Source: Candidatus Latescibacterota bacterium
GTDB taxonomy: Bacteria > Latescibacterota > UBA2968 > GCA-2709665
DNA length: 64,000 bases
Direction: 5' to 3'
NCBI GenBank assembly: GCA_965226795.1
Contig: CBDDDZ010000003.1
Location: 288,001-352,000 of the forward strand
Below, in pieces: positions 39,442-50,275 of this stretch. The position numbers and the translations under genes were made by a program. Within the stretch, counting starts at the first letter, position 1. Every line of letters starts with the position of its first letter. The notes under the pieces are model-generated. The model was not told the DNA's origin, ran no database searches, and saw only the letters and a program-made list of their open reading frames with translations.

Positions 39442-40424
39442 TATCCATCGAAAGACCTGAAAGGAACGGCCCGTTCCGTGGTAAAGGACTCTTCAATAGC
39501 TTCGAAGTAGGCGGCGACGTTGAAAGCGTCCAGACCATTCACCGATGGAGTAGCGCCGGTCTGTGCGCATTGCGCGAATTCGGCGAGTTCTTCGTACTGT
39601 TCGTCGATCCGGTCGAAGGATTCCCTCTGGCGGGTGTCGCGGCCGATCAGCGTCACAGCGTTCTCGTCGTGGCTGTCCCACCTGATTCTGGCCTCGCTGC
39701 CCACGAAGGTGATCTCGTAACCCAGTTGGGAGACGTACGACGCGCCGATGTAGGAGAGGCGTCCATCGGCGTAGCGGCCGATAACGGCGCCCAGGTCCGG
39801 TGATTCTCCGGATCCGTCTCTCTTGGACATGAAGGCGGCAATTTTTTCAGGGGCGCCCATGATGTGCAGGACAAGGTCGATGAAGACAACGGCCATCTGC
39901 GCGAAGGGCAGAAGGGGCGCGTTCCTGATGTGGTACCGCCAATTTTCTGGCGTGAGATGATAAGCCGAGGCGCCGCCGACAGAAGCTTCGACGGAGTGAA
40001 GGGTGCCGATGTCGCCGGCGTCCAGACGTTTCTTCAGGTGGGCGATGGCCGGGTTCTTGCGGAGGTTGTGACCGGCCATATAGATGAGTTCTTTTTCGTT
40101 GGCCAGACGCACCATTTCCGCGGCCTGGGCGCGGCAGGTCGTGACGGGAACGTTGACGAAGATGTGTTTGGCTTGTTCGGCACAGGCTTTGAAGTCGTCA
40201 TAGTGGCGCGCGTTGGGCGTGGTGATAACGACGCCTTCGACATCAGGGTCGCCCGTCAGATCTTCAATGCTGGACGCCCGTCTGGCGCCGAATTTACGGG
40301 CTACCTCCTCAGCGCGTTCGGGGACAATGTCATACACGGATATCAGAGCCAGGTCCGGATTCGTGCTGACGGCCCGCTGGTGGTTTCTGGCGTAGTTGCC
40401 CAGACCGATGAATCCGAGGTTCAT
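39441..40424 (-). CDS. Gfo/Idh/MocA family oxidoreductase
   Basis: LGFIGLG Rossmann motif, ITTPNARH, HIFVNVP in place of the usual EKP. Confidence 0.88.
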   Translation of the reverse strand: MNLGFIGLGNYARNHQRAVSTNPDLALISVYDIVPERAEEVARKFGARRASSIEDLTGDPDVEGVVITTPNARHYDDFKACAEQAKHIFVNVPVTTCRAQAAEMVRLANEKELIYMAGHNLRKNPAIAHLKKRLDAGDIGTLHSVEASVGGASAYHLTPENWRYHIRNAPLLPFAQMAVVFIDLVLHIMGAPEKIAAFMSKRDGSGESPDLGAVIGRYADGRLSYIGASYVSQLGYEITFVGSEARIRWDSHDENAVTLIGRDTRQRESFDRIDEQYEELAEFAQCAQTGATPSVNGLDAFNVAAYFEAIEESFTTERAVPFRSFDG

Positions 40425-40449
40425 GGTTGCACCCGCGGATAGCACATCT

Positions 40450-42132
40450 TCAAGCCGTCCGTTCGATGGTGACCGTGGCGTGGAGTTGTGAGGCGTCGTG
40501 AGCCACGGGTACGGTCATGTTCGCGGTAAGCCCGTACCCCGCGTGTAGATAGCGCGCCATGTCCAGGTCCCAGGGACCGCTGTTGCCGGCTATCGATACG
40601 CGGTAGGCCGCGCCTTTCCAGCCCAGGGCCAGGGTGCCGTTGTCGATTTTGTAGGTCAGCTCCTCTCTGCCGTCCCACAGGAGAATGGGAATTGAGAAAA
40701 TGGCCTGGTCGTCGTCTCTAAGACCCGTGGCCCGGTACGTCAGCCGAATGAGTTCGTTCTTCAGATCGAGTTTAAGATTCAGCCCAAGTGGACCGGTGAG
40801 CCTGTATTCATCGGCGGCAAGGGCCTCCGCACTGCCGTCCATAATTCGGTAGGCGCCGCCAGCCTCTTTGACGAGAATGCCGAAGTAGGGTTCCAGCAGC
40901 GGATCGGCCTTTTTTGGTTCGACGATCTGGCCATGGAAGGCATGTTTGACGCCGTCCCGTTTGGCGTCCGCAATCGGTTCGATCATCGGGGTATTGCCGA
41001 GTTTGATCGCAAGCGGCTGGAGCGGCAGGTGATATCCCCAGTCGTGATTACAAAGCGCGAACGCCAGTCGTGACTTTTCTCCATGCAGGATCGCGTACCC
41101 GGCTTCCGGATCGACAACATCCTCAACAGGTGCGGCGGCAACCGTGTCGAAACCCGGCCACCCCTGTTCGATCAGGAGCGCGAGCAGCGCCCAGGCCACC
41201 AGGCCCGCGCCCAGGTCGGTGTTCAGACGATTATAGGTCCACTCCAGGCCAGCGAGGGCGTAGGGCGACAGGTGGTTGGGCGCATGGGAGAACACGTTCT
41301 TTTCCGGATTGAACGATTGGCAGAAGACCAGCAGCGCACGGATTCTGTCGCTGGCCGCTTCACCTTCTCCTATGTAGGAGAGAAGCCCGACCATGGGATA
41401 CACGTACATCTGGTAGATACTCCGACTGGCCAGGAATGGGAGATGGAATTGACCGTTGGCCCGTTTAAACCACTTGCATATGACCTCGAGCAGCCGTTCG
41501 ACCTGGCGCTGGTCGTCCTCGGACGCTGCGTAGACATCCGATTTGCTCTGGAGAAGGGCCGCGGCGAGGAAGGTACCTGTAAGGTAGACGTGGGCAACGG
41601 AGTGCCCGTTCACGTCGTCGTCACGGAGGAATCCACCTGCTGTTACGCGCCTGTTGAACGCGGCGATAAATTCTCCGGACCGCTTCCGGGCGTTTTCCTC
41701 CCGCCCGCTGTCCAGGAAGAGGTCGCACAGCAGAGAGGCGGCGGAGACATGGCAGTCGGAAAGTCCGGCGTCTTCTGTATAGGAAGCGGTAAAGGAGGCT
41801 TCCCATCGCTCCAGGATATCCCTATCCAGGACGTCGGAAAGAATGGGAAAAACCATCACGCCGTATCCCATCACGTATTCTCGAAAACCGGGCGCGTTTC
41901 TGGCCCCTTCCATTATCTCGGCGGTGCGTTTCATCCATCGGTCGGTCCACTCAAGATATACGTCTTCACCGGTGAGGCGATAGAGCGATGCGCCTATGAC
42001 GGCCCAGCAAGCCGGCGCGAAGTTCTCCGGCCGATTGCTTTCATAGGCGTCATTCAAGACGCCGTTCTCGTCTGTCCACCGGACGCCGAGCTCGAACCCT
42101 TTCGAAAGGCAGGCGGTGATGTCACTCAACAT
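40450..42132 (-). CDS. Hypothetical protein, probable alpha-helical toroid plus beta-sandwich carbohydrate-active enzyme
   Basis: 560-aa ORF within an operon; helical N-half and beta-rich C-half; no family confidently recognised. Confidence 0.6.
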   Translation of the reverse strand: MLSDITACLSKGFELGVRWTDENGVLNDAYESNRPENFAPACWAVIGASLYRLTGEDVYLEWTDRWMKRTAEIMEGARNAPGFREYVMGYGVMVFPILSDVLDRDILERWEASFTASYTEDAGLSDCHVSAASLLCDLFLDSGREENARKRSGEFIAAFNRRVTAGGFLRDDDVNGHSVAHVYLTGTFLAAALLQSKSDVYAASEDDQRQVERLLEVICKWFKRANGQFHLPFLASRSIYQMYVYPMVGLLSYIGEGEAASDRIRALLVFCQSFNPEKNVFSHAPNHLSPYALAGLEWTYNRLNTDLGAGLVAWALLALLIEQGWPGFDTVAAAPVEDVVDPEAGYAILHGEKSRLAFALCNHDWGYHLPLQPLAIKLGNTPMIEPIADAKRDGVKHAFHGQIVEPKKADPLLEPYFGILVKEAGGAYRIMDGSAEALAADEYRLTGPLGLNLKLDLKNELIRLTYRATGLRDDDQAIFSIPILLWDGREELTYKIDNGTLALGWKGAAYRVSIAGNSGPWDLDMARYLHAGYGLTANMTVPVAHDASQLHATVTIERTA

Positions 42133-42295
42133 TGATGGTTTCCTCCAGTTGACGCAGCGCGGACGGTTGGACGAGGCTTTGGCCTATCCGTCACGCGACC
42201 TGTCGCCTGTTCTGATTCCCCGCTCCCGATCGGTCCCGGTTTGCCGGCTGCACGAAAGACGCCGGCGCAGATCCCCGCGTATCCACGATCGCGTC

Positions 42296-43240
42296 TCACC
42301 CGGCCAGACCACGGTAACCCCGGTCAAGGTCGGGCAGATCTGTAGATTTGCCCAGCGCCTCGGCCATGGCGCGGACGTGGTACGGCAGGGCGCCGCAGCA
42401 GGAGCCTATCAGGCCGATGCCCATGCGCCTGGCTTCGGCGGTATACTCTGCCATGGAAAAGCGCGTGACAACGCGGGGTTCAACCTGCGTCCAGAGGTTG
42501 GCGACACTCAGGGGACGGTTGAAATTCTCGCCCGGTTCGAGTTCGTACCCCGTGGGCTGGGCGCACAGGGGTACGGAGACGGCTTCCCTGACTTCGTACA
42601 TCAGCGGGCGCATGGTGGACCAGGGGCGCATACAATTGATGCCGACGACGTCGGCGCCAGCGTCGACGAGGCGTTTGGCAGCTTCGCCGGGACGGTAGCC
42701 TTCCCGGGTAAATTCCCCGTCTCGATACGTCATCGTAACGACGGCGGGTATCCCCGCCTGTTTGACAAAGGGAATGGCAAGGCTGACTTCATCCACGGAA
42801 TAGAAGGTTTCGATAATAAAGAGGTCAACACCGGCCGAGGTCTGCTGGCCGACGCGGTGTTCGAAGAATTCCCGGGCATTGGTTTTATCTTCTTCGGTCA
42901 TGGGATCCCATTTGGAACGGCCCGAATAAATGAACGGGCTGAGGGTGCCGGCCACAAAACGGCCCGGTCCGGCGGCTTCACGCGCGAGTTCCACGGCCTT
43001 CGTGTGGAGTTCCTCTTCGCGTTCCATCGGTCGCACGCCCCAGACCATCGCCTGAAGGACTTCGGCGCCCGCCCGGGCGAATTCCTTGTGGAGTTCGAGT
43101 ACGCCTTCAGGATAGTCGAGTACGCCCATGGGGATTTTGGACGCATAGCTTCCAAGGCAACGGCGTTCGAATTCGAGATAATATCCGCCATCGCAGAGCA
43201 GATGGCCTTCGGCGACCCGGTCGAGAAAGTTGGACGGCAT
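42296..43240 (-). CDS. Homocysteine S-methyltransferase family protein (BHMT-like)
   Basis: LCDGG, HKEFARAGA, IET, GINC and GSCCG zinc-binding cysteines. Confidence 0.9.
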   Translation of the reverse strand: MPSNFLDRVAEGHLLCDGGYYLEFERRCLGSYASKIPMGVLDYPEGVLELHKEFARAGAEVLQAMVWGVRPMEREEELHTKAVELAREAAGPGRFVAGTLSPFIYSGRSKWDPMTEEDKTNAREFFEHRVGQQTSAGVDLFIIETFYSVDEVSLAIPFVKQAGIPAVVTMTYRDGEFTREGYRPGEAAKRLVDAGADVVGINCMRPWSTMRPLMYEVREAVSVPLCAQPTGYELEPGENFNRPLSVANLWTQVEPRVVTRFSMAEYTAEARRMGIGLIGSCCGALPYHVRAMAEALGKSTDLPDLDRGYRGLAG

Positions 43241-43302
43241 GCGTGCCTCCTGTATTGATGAATGTCTGCGATTCTGACCAGCGCAATATAACGCGCCGAA
43301 AT

Positions 43303-45651
43303 CTATAGCTCCACCCTTTTGAACGTGTCTCCGGAACGCACGGCGTAGGCGTTGCCCCTACTTTCAAGACGAAGTTCGGTCTCGTCATAGACCAGGGAGG
43401 TCCCGGCGGCGAGGCAGAGAGATTGGGGGATCCCGTTTTTCAGCGTGACGACGGCCGCGCGCCCCTTCAGGACAAGGCCGTCGAAACGCACCTCGTTTTG
43501 TGAGAGGGTATGCAATAGCAGAAATCGTTCGCCCTCTGTGGAAATCCGGAGCGCCAGTGTGTCGTCGGACAGCGTGTGGCATTGAACATCTATTGTGGGC
43601 GGGCGGTGTTTAAAAGGCACGTGTACGGCCGCGAATATTGCGTCCGGACCGGGTCGGGTAACCTGGAGGTGGCCGCGGTACGGGAGGACGGCACCCGGTT
43701 TCAGGGTGCCTCCCTCGGCATGAAGATCCTCGATTACGTCCTCTTCGGGAGGACACTCGGAGATCGTAACCGTCGTGTCGCAGATATCCGGGATGATCGT
43801 CTGCAAACCGCCGCGATCCATGGTCCAGGTGGCGGCGACGTCTTCCATCGCGCGTCCCGACCGGCCGGACCGCAGGGGTTCGGGGACGTCTGTGGGTACA
43901 AGAGCGTCGAGGCCGGCGACCTCCAGGTCCCCGGATCGGGCGTGCAACATCCATGTGTAGGACCTCAGATCTCCGGAAACGCGGAAAATGTCGGCGATTA
44001 GCGGTTCACCGGAATGGCGTGGCAGCAGCACAATAAGGCGTGCATTGGCCGGCGGCAGGCCCGCTTCCGCGAGCCTGGGACCTGGCGTGACGCACCACAG
44101 GAGAGGGTTGCCCCCTTCTCCCTGTTCCGCGCATTCCAGGACGGTGTTGTGCGACAGGGGTCCGCGTTCCCAGAGACGCGCCCATTCCGGATTCCAGTTG
44201 TATCCCATTTCCGTGACGAGTTCCCGGCCGCAGGACCACAGAACGAAATTGAGGTAGTCTTTCTGTTTGTGCGCGGCTGGAATATAGGGACCGTAGTCGA
44301 TGAAGGCCATGGTCCGCGACGGCTTGTCTTCGCCGTGGCGAAGAATCATCAGGCCGATATCGGGAAGGTGGACGCTTGCCTCGGCGTAGGGTTCGCCGTC
44401 GCCTTCGGCCGCGGCGTCCGGATCTCTGTAGAAGAGGGAATATTCCGTGCCGCCGTTCAGGTCCGGACCCCAGATTGCCTTGAGGTGGCGCAGCGCTTTC
44501 CGGTTGTTGCAGGCGATATAGGCGACTTCGGAACAGAAGGGTCTCAGCGGACTTCCGACGTGCGAGTCGTTGATCGCCGGGTTGGTGTCGTTCGGAAAGG
44601 CGGCATCCAGAAACCAGGTGTAACATCTCTCCAGAAGGGCGCATCGGGGATTGGTGTACACGTCGGTGTCCAGATTGCCGCGGATGATTTCCGGTATGCC
44701 CGTGATATTCTGAAGCAGACCCAGGGTGTAGTCGGCCGTACATTCGTAGAATGCGCCATCCTGGAAGAAAACTCCGGCCTCCGGCTTGAGCATGTCTTCG
44801 TATAACGTGACAACGGATCGCAGTATTTCCCTGTCGCCCGTCAGCGCGGCCGATGCCGCGATGCACCACCAGGCGCCGCCGTGATCCTGAATCGAGTAAT
44901 GGGAAAGATAGGGCGAGAGGTCATCGGAATACGAGTAGCCTTTCAGTGTCGAGGTTCCCGGGTTGTTGAAGGATTCGACGAAATAGTCCCGCACATATTC
45001 CACGAAGGCATCAATGGACCGGCGTTGTTCATCTGCGAGCACATCCGAGTCACGGATCAGGTCATAGGCCATCAGCACTTTTCGGACGCACCCGGCATCC
45101 CGCTGTTTCCATCCGTCTATCTTCCCGTAAAGGGGATCGTTCTGATCGTGCCAGACGTTCTTGTTCACCTGGTTGAGGCGATAGTTCTCGAAGACTTCCG
45201 CGAAGCGTTCGACAAGGATGGCGGCTATCTCGGCGTATCGCACGTCGCCGTCGATTCCGTAGACGATGCCGGCGCTTTCCAGGCCGCCAAGGATGTATTG
45301 CAGGCGGTACGTGCGAATGACCGCCTGTATATTCCATGTTTCGGAGGTGTCTTCCGGATCCCAGTCCCACGTCGTTTTGCAGTCTGTGCATTGAAGGGTG
45401 GCGCCGTGGTTGATCAGGCTGTAGGCGTACCAGGGGCCGCAGCCGCAGTTGGGGCAGACAACGGTAACGAGTGGGGTCTGGTCGCTGATGTAGGAACGCA
45501 TGCGGTCCCGGTCCATCGCCAGGTAATATTCAGGATGGGACCTGATTTGCCCATAGAGTTTCTTCGCCCAGGCGTGGCGCTTGATATTCTCCCTGGCGCG
45601 GGCAAGGTCACCGGGCTTGTACATCGTGCATGGATACCGAATGGCTGGCAT
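43303..45651 (-). CDS. Heparinase II/III-like lyase with an N-terminal CxxC...CxxC motif
   Basis: DGAFYE...Y, P...ND, HKQKDYLNF, SHNTV motifs; ATG 45651 with GGAAGG RBS; no signal peptide. Confidence 0.8.
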   Translation of the reverse strand: MPAIRYPCTMYKPGDLARARENIKRHAWAKKLYGQIRSHPEYYLAMDRDRMRSYISDQTPLVTVVCPNCGCGPWYAYSLINHGATLQCTDCKTTWDWDPEDTSETWNIQAVIRTYRLQYILGGLESAGIVYGIDGDVRYAEIAAILVERFAEVFENYRLNQVNKNVWHDQNDPLYGKIDGWKQRDAGCVRKVLMAYDLIRDSDVLADEQRRSIDAFVEYVRDYFVESFNNPGTSTLKGYSYSDDLSPYLSHYSIQDHGGAWWCIAASAALTGDREILRSVVTLYEDMLKPEAGVFFQDGAFYECTADYTLGLLQNITGIPEIIRGNLDTDVYTNPRCALLERCYTWFLDAAFPNDTNPAINDSHVGSPLRPFCSEVAYIACNNRKALRHLKAIWGPDLNGGTEYSLFYRDPDAAAEGDGEPYAEASVHLPDIGLMILRHGEDKPSRTMAFIDYGPYIPAAHKQKDYLNFVLWSCGRELVTEMGYNWNPEWARLWERGPLSHNTVLECAEQGEGGNPLLWCVTPGPRLAEAGLPPANARLIVLLPRHSGEPLIADIFRVSGDLRSYTWMLHARSGDLEVAGLDALVPTDVPEPLRSGRSGRAMEDVAATWTMDRGGLQTIIPDICDTTVTISECPPEEDVIEDLHAEGGTLKPGAVLPYRGHLQVTRPGPDAIFAAVHVPFKHRPPTIDVQCHTLSDDTLALRISTEGERFLLLHTLSQNEVRFDGLVLKGRAAVVTLKNGIPQSLCLAAGTSLVYDETELRLESRGNAYAVRSGDTFKRVEL

Positions 45652-45701
45652 ATCAACCTTCCGTGGCGAATATGTGTTCGTTTCAGGCAGCGGGCCACCG
45701 A

Positions 45702-46940
45702 TTAATCCAGGGAACGGAGCCTGAAGTTGCCCCACCAGGTTCGGAGGGGGTCCGGCGGATTATCGAGCGTTCGGCCTTCGGCCTTCTGGATCGAAGTGAG
45801 GCGTGCAGTCCCGAGCAACCCGGGATGCAAAGAGATGGTGTCGATGCCCCGCGTCATCCGATTCTTCTTGCCCCAAAGGCCGTGGATTTCGATTTCCGTC
45901 TCACCCTGGTATTTCTGAGGGATGTCGTCGATCCGGATTTGTTGCTTGTTGGTTTGCGCGTCCCACGCGATTTTGAACCGGTACGCCCGGTCGTTTTCTG
46001 GAACAACGGAATTGTCAAACGTGTTGAAGCCTGGCGTCGGATGACCGGTGGCAATGGTCATGAGGTTTGTCAGGATGCCCGTCTGGATCTTGCGAAAACA
46101 CTTGATGGAGCCGTCGTACTCGCCCAGCAGAATACAGGCTTCCGCCGATACATCCGGGGATCTGACGTCGAATTCCAGCGTCCCCCGGGAAATGACGGGA
46201 AACGTCGCCGTCACAAAACCGTACCGGGTGGCGAGTTCAAGCCATCGATTCTCAACCGGCCTGAGTCTGCTTTCGCAGACATTGTCGTCCGGTTCGCCGT
46301 CCCGGGGCGGTGGGACGGGTTTCCAGTAGAGCGGGTAGTCTTCGTGGTCGATCTGTTCGCCTCCGACGAACTGTTTTACATGCTTCACACGGATATACCG
46401 GCCGATATCGATGCCGCCCGTCTGGAGTTCCAGCCTTGCGATATCCCTGACGGGGTTCTGGAAAGGTACGGTGACGGATCGTTCGCCGTCCAGAAGAAAG
46501 ATGGCCGTCTGGTTTGAAAAATCGAATCCTTTGAATGTATAGACGTGTTCGTCGGATTCCACGACGTACCACTTGCGCAGGGCAGGATCGTTGAAGGGAC
46601 AGTTGCCCTGGAACGTGAGGACCGCGCCGGAATCCACCAGTTCGTTCTTCCCCTCGAATAGCAGGCGGCCGTCCCTCCGGATGTGACATACGATGGCCGG
46701 GCGGTCCGCGCTGTCGTAAAGGCGCAGGGTGTAAAGGGTTTGGTATTCCGGCTCGTCGAGTACGACTCTCATGGCCAGTTCGAGGGAGCCGGAGCGATCG
46801 GTGATCTTCTCTTTCAGATGACGGGAACAACTTACCGGCGCCCTGGTTCCATCCATTTTCAGGTATCCGTCTTCGCCGAAAACATAATCCTGGTTCCCGT
46901 GGCTATCGTGCCAGTTGAACGTCTGATGGATTTCTACCAT
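45702..46940 (-). CDS. Hypothetical beta-rich protein (possibly two lectin-like domains)
   Basis: Long ORF in the operon; ATG 46940 with GGAG RBS (46994 is an alternative). Confidence 0.6.
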   Translation of the reverse strand: MVEIHQTFNWHDSHGNQDYVFGEDGYLKMDGTRAPVSCSRHLKEKITDRSGSLELAMRVVLDEPEYQTLYTLRLYDSADRPAIVCHIRRDGRLLFEGKNELVDSGAVLTFQGNCPFNDPALRKWYVVESDEHVYTFKGFDFSNQTAIFLLDGERSVTVPFQNPVRDIARLELQTGGIDIGRYIRVKHVKQFVGGEQIDHEDYPLYWKPVPPPRDGEPDDNVCESRLRPVENRWLELATRYGFVTATFPVISRGTLEFDVRSPDVSAEACILLGEYDGSIKCFRKIQTGILTNLMTIATGHPTPGFNTFDNSVVPENDRAYRFKIAWDAQTNKQQIRIDDIPQKYQGETEIEIHGLWGKKNRMTRGIDTISLHPGLLGTARLTSIQKAEGRTLDNPPDPLRTWWGNFRLRSLD

Positions 46941-47064
46941 AACGGTATCTCCCGAACTCCGAGTAGTATCACTGAAAAAGACAACCGATGCCATCTTTTC
47001 ATGGGTTTCATCGGGGTTTAATCACAGTCCATCATCGTCCATCACAGCCCATCACAGTCGATGT

Positions 47065-49032
47065 TCAATATCCGTGAATGGAATGGCCGGCGCCGGGGAA
47101 CCAGATGATGTCAACGACGAGGGAAAGCCCCACACCGGTCGTATAGCCCGTCAGTACGCCCAGAAAAAACGGGATATAACGCCGGTAAAGGGCCGCGCCG
47201 CCGACGCGCAGGATGATGACTTTGATGCACCACGCGATGAACACCGAGAATGTGGAAAAGTGGACGTACGAGATGCCGGCAATGGCAAAGCCTACGGGAT
47301 GAAGGGGCCACCAGGGAAAGCGGTATTTCAGGAACGTAAGGACGGACATCAGGGCTGCACCGATGCCCAGCAGGATCGGGCGGATGCTGGTCTCAACGGC
47401 GGGATCCTTCATTTTTGAAAGCGCATTCGCGAAGCCGCCCCGGCTGTAACGTGTGAACGGGAAATCGTTGAAATTATACGCGCCGTGGGTGTATCCCAGA
47501 TAGAGGGTGTACGCGATGGACGCGCCCACACCGGCCGCAAACGCCAGGAAGATCGCGGTCAACACGCGGGGACGGTGTTCGCGCGGACACAGATCCGCGA
47601 TCTTGGCGGCATGTACCACGGAGGGCATGAACAGGCCCTTGCCAAACGAGGTGAGGGCGTTCGAGAAAGCCAGTACGGTGAGGCTCGGTCCGGAGAGATT
47701 TCGGGGGCCGATCAGCCGGGTGACGATTTCCTGCTGGCCTACCGGCGTGCAGACAAAGACCAGGCCGACCTCGGCCACAATGCGGGATACGCCAAGAAAG
47801 ATGACCAGGGTTGCCATGACGGAAAGACACGCAACCCCGAACCCCATGCCGGCGCGCCAGAACCAGAAGACGGCAAAGAGGGAGCTCAGGATGAAACCGA
47901 GCACGGCGGTACGGTATCGCATCATTTCGTCGGCATCGTCCAGGGGTGCACTGCGGCCAAGGGCGATTCTCATGACCGATCTCAGGTGGTGTCGCGCAAT
48001 CCACAGTCCCCAGATAACAAGCGTGACAAATCCGCCGAGTTGCAACCAGGCAAACTCGCCCGACGTCGTATAGATGCTGCTGGCGTTGTACCCGTATCGA
48101 TTGAGGATCCCACTGCGCAGGATGAAGAGGACGCAGAAGAACCAGAGGCTGAAAAGAACGTCGATATTGGCGAAATAGGCAAAGGAGATGGTGAACATGT
48201 TGATCCGGGTCCAGATACCCGGAAAGTAGCGTTCAAAATGCACCCATGGTCCCCAGCGGATATTGGGAATCTGCGGAAATCCGGGCACAAAGTAGTGGAT
48301 CATGTTCCAGCTGATAATCCCCAGGGCCATCGCGAAACCGATCCAGAATCGCCTGGAAAAACCCGGCCTCTCCCGATCGGTGAGATCCAGGACGGGGCGC
48401 AGGATCGGATAGCTGAGCCGTTCGCTTTCCACCCATTGTTTCCGGAGGATGACGGACAGGCTTGTGGAGGCCACGAAGAGGGCCGTGATCAAAGCCATCC
48501 ACGCTGCCAGGGGGATGTACCAGACGGCCCACGGAATATCCATTCCGCGTGGGCCGCCTTCAAACAGGTGATCCAGCGCGTGGTTGACATTGCGAGGCGC
48601 CAGCCAGTGGGGAATGTAGGGGTGGAAGTACTCGCCCCACTGGTTTTCCGGTGTAGCGAAATAGTACGGCGCGGCAATGGCGCCCAGGAAATAGCCCGTC
48701 AGACCGACCGAAGGAATGGCGCCGCCAACCAGGCCGCCAGCCATGATGACCTTGAGTTCGGTTGGCGAGAGGGCGTATCCCGCGGCCAGTTTTCGGCACA
48801 GTGGATTGAGGAGCAGAGCAAGGGTGAGGTAGACCGTCAGCGACCCCATGGGAAAGTGGCTGAGGGTCATACGGGAGGCATGGATGACGTATTCGATGTA
48901 GTTGACCCAGACGCAGGCGGCGACTGAGACAAGAACGGCCAGAAAGATTGATCGGAGTGTGACGCCACCGTCCGCCGGGATTCGCGCGGGCGCAGCATTC
49001 GATGCGACGAGAGGATTGGACGTTGCAGGCAT
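47065..49032 (-). CDS. DUF6785/DUF6784-type polytopic membrane protein (OPT-like putative transporter)
   Basis: LRKQWVESERLSYP, RIVAEVG, RFPWWPLHPVG; many TM segments. Confidence 0.8.
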   Translation of the reverse strand: MPATSNPLVASNAAPARIPADGGVTLRSIFLAVLVSVAACVWVNYIEYVIHASRMTLSHFPMGSLTVYLTLALLLNPLCRKLAAGYALSPTELKVIMAGGLVGGAIPSVGLTGYFLGAIAAPYYFATPENQWGEYFHPYIPHWLAPRNVNHALDHLFEGGPRGMDIPWAVWYIPLAAWMALITALFVASTSLSVILRKQWVESERLSYPILRPVLDLTDRERPGFSRRFWIGFAMALGIISWNMIHYFVPGFPQIPNIRWGPWVHFERYFPGIWTRINMFTISFAYFANIDVLFSLWFFCVLFILRSGILNRYGYNASSIYTTSGEFAWLQLGGFVTLVIWGLWIARHHLRSVMRIALGRSAPLDDADEMMRYRTAVLGFILSSLFAVFWFWRAGMGFGVACLSVMATLVIFLGVSRIVAEVGLVFVCTPVGQQEIVTRLIGPRNLSGPSLTVLAFSNALTSFGKGLFMPSVVHAAKIADLCPREHRPRVLTAIFLAFAAGVGASIAYTLYLGYTHGAYNFNDFPFTRYSRGGFANALSKMKDPAVETSIRPILLGIGAALMSVLTFLKYRFPWWPLHPVGFAIAGISYVHFSTFSVFIAWCIKVIILRVGGAALYRRYIPFFLGVLTGYTTGVGLSLVVDIIWFPGAGHSIHGY

Positions 49033-49050
49033 TGAAATGAACAGGAGATT

Positions 49051-50130
49051 TTATGCGGCGGGTGATTTGTAGAAGCGCGCGGGATCTTCCAGGTCCCAGT
49101 CGCATTCGGACTTCAGGCGGGCGATGAGTTCAAGCCGTCCGTCCTCATCCAGATAGGGATTGTTCATTGCGGCACCCATAAGGGCTATGGAGGCGGGTCG
49201 TGTGCTCCCCTGCCGGGTGTGGGGAACATCGGTTTCATGCCCCTGCCATTCTCTTCCACCGAAGATGCGGTAGTCGAAAAGGTATCCGGCTTTGCCCCGG
49301 TCCGCGGCCAGTCCGCTCCATAGAAAGGTGCGGGCGACGCGCTCCTGTACGGAAATGCCCGCGGGCGTGCCATCCGGAAACAGGAGGACACGGCCGAGTT
49401 TGGCAAAGTGTTCGAATCTGGAATCCGCGTCCAGCCAGTCGACGAGGCTTGCTTCGTCGTCCGCGCCCCAGGCAAAGATGTGGCGGATGGATTCGGGCAG
49501 ACACCGGAGGTCCCGAGACATCTGCTGTTTTCCGGATTTATCGGGCGCCATACTCAGGTGGAGAAGGATTTCGGCGTCCGGCTTGAGGGCGTGGATGCGT
49601 TCCGTGAGAAAGCCGATCACGAGCGCGTCCCATTGAAAGGGGCGGAGGTCACGACAGCTTTCGCAAATACAGTTGCGACCGATTTCCCTGGCGGGTTCGA
49701 TGTCGATGCCGTCCACGCCTGGCGCAAGACGTTCGGCCAGAATGTCTCCCATCCAGGCGCGAGATTCGGCGTCGTGGGGACAAAGAGCGGAATTCGGACC
49801 CCTGGCGCCTCGCCTGAGCAGGTGCGGCGGCGCGTCCGGCTCGGCCATGGTGTACTCGGAACCGCCTCCGCTGAATCCGTAAATGGCACGTATGAGCCTG
49901 AGACCTGCGGCGTGGGCATATTCGACCGCTTCATACCAGGCGTCGTTAAAGCCCCCTGCGTTGGCCCAGAACACCACGAGGCGATTGAGGCCGGACTCGG
50001 CAAGGTGGTCTATGTGCGCATGGTTGACGGAAATGTCACCGGGATGATTCGAATACCCCTTGCGGAGAAAGAGGTTCCATCCACATTCAAGGGTGCCGCG
50101 CAGATCGAACCCGCGCTCTGTTAGATACAT
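49051..50130 (-). CDS. Hypothetical protein, probable TIM-barrel (glycoside-hydrolase-like)
   Basis: LCP...VDGIDIEP...CICESC pattern resembling GH-like barrels; first gene of the operon. Confidence 0.55.
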   Translation of the reverse strand: MYLTERGFDLRGTLECGWNLFLRKGYSNHPGDISVNHAHIDHLAESGLNRLVVFWANAGGFNDAWYEAVEYAHAAGLRLIRAIYGFSGGGSEYTMAEPDAPPHLLRRGARGPNSALCPHDAESRAWMGDILAERLAPGVDGIDIEPAREIGRNCICESCRDLRPFQWDALVIGFLTERIHALKPDAEILLHLSMAPDKSGKQQMSRDLRCLPESIRHIFAWGADDEASLVDWLDADSRFEHFAKLGRVLLFPDGTPAGISVQERVARTFLWSGLAADRGKAGYLFDYRIFGGREWQGHETDVPHTRQGSTRPASIALMGAAMNNPYLDEDGRLELIARLKSECDWDLEDPARFYKSPAA

Positions 50131-50160
50131 GATGAATCTCGCAAAGTAAGAGTCTCGCTC

Positions 50161-50188
50161 ATGATAAGCGGGATTCGGCGGTTGTCAA
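50161..50188 (-). promoter_or_regulatory. Putative sigma70 promoter of the catabolic operon
   Basis: Minus strand TTGACA-N16-TATCAT about 30 nt upstream of ATG 50130. Confidence 0.55.
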
Positions 50189-50275
50189 CGTATGAATAGA
50201 ACGGGATGGATGTACTTGCCAAATGTTGTAATCTGGACTTAATTAGGATCCTGGCTCCTGAGAAGCGGAGGCCTT

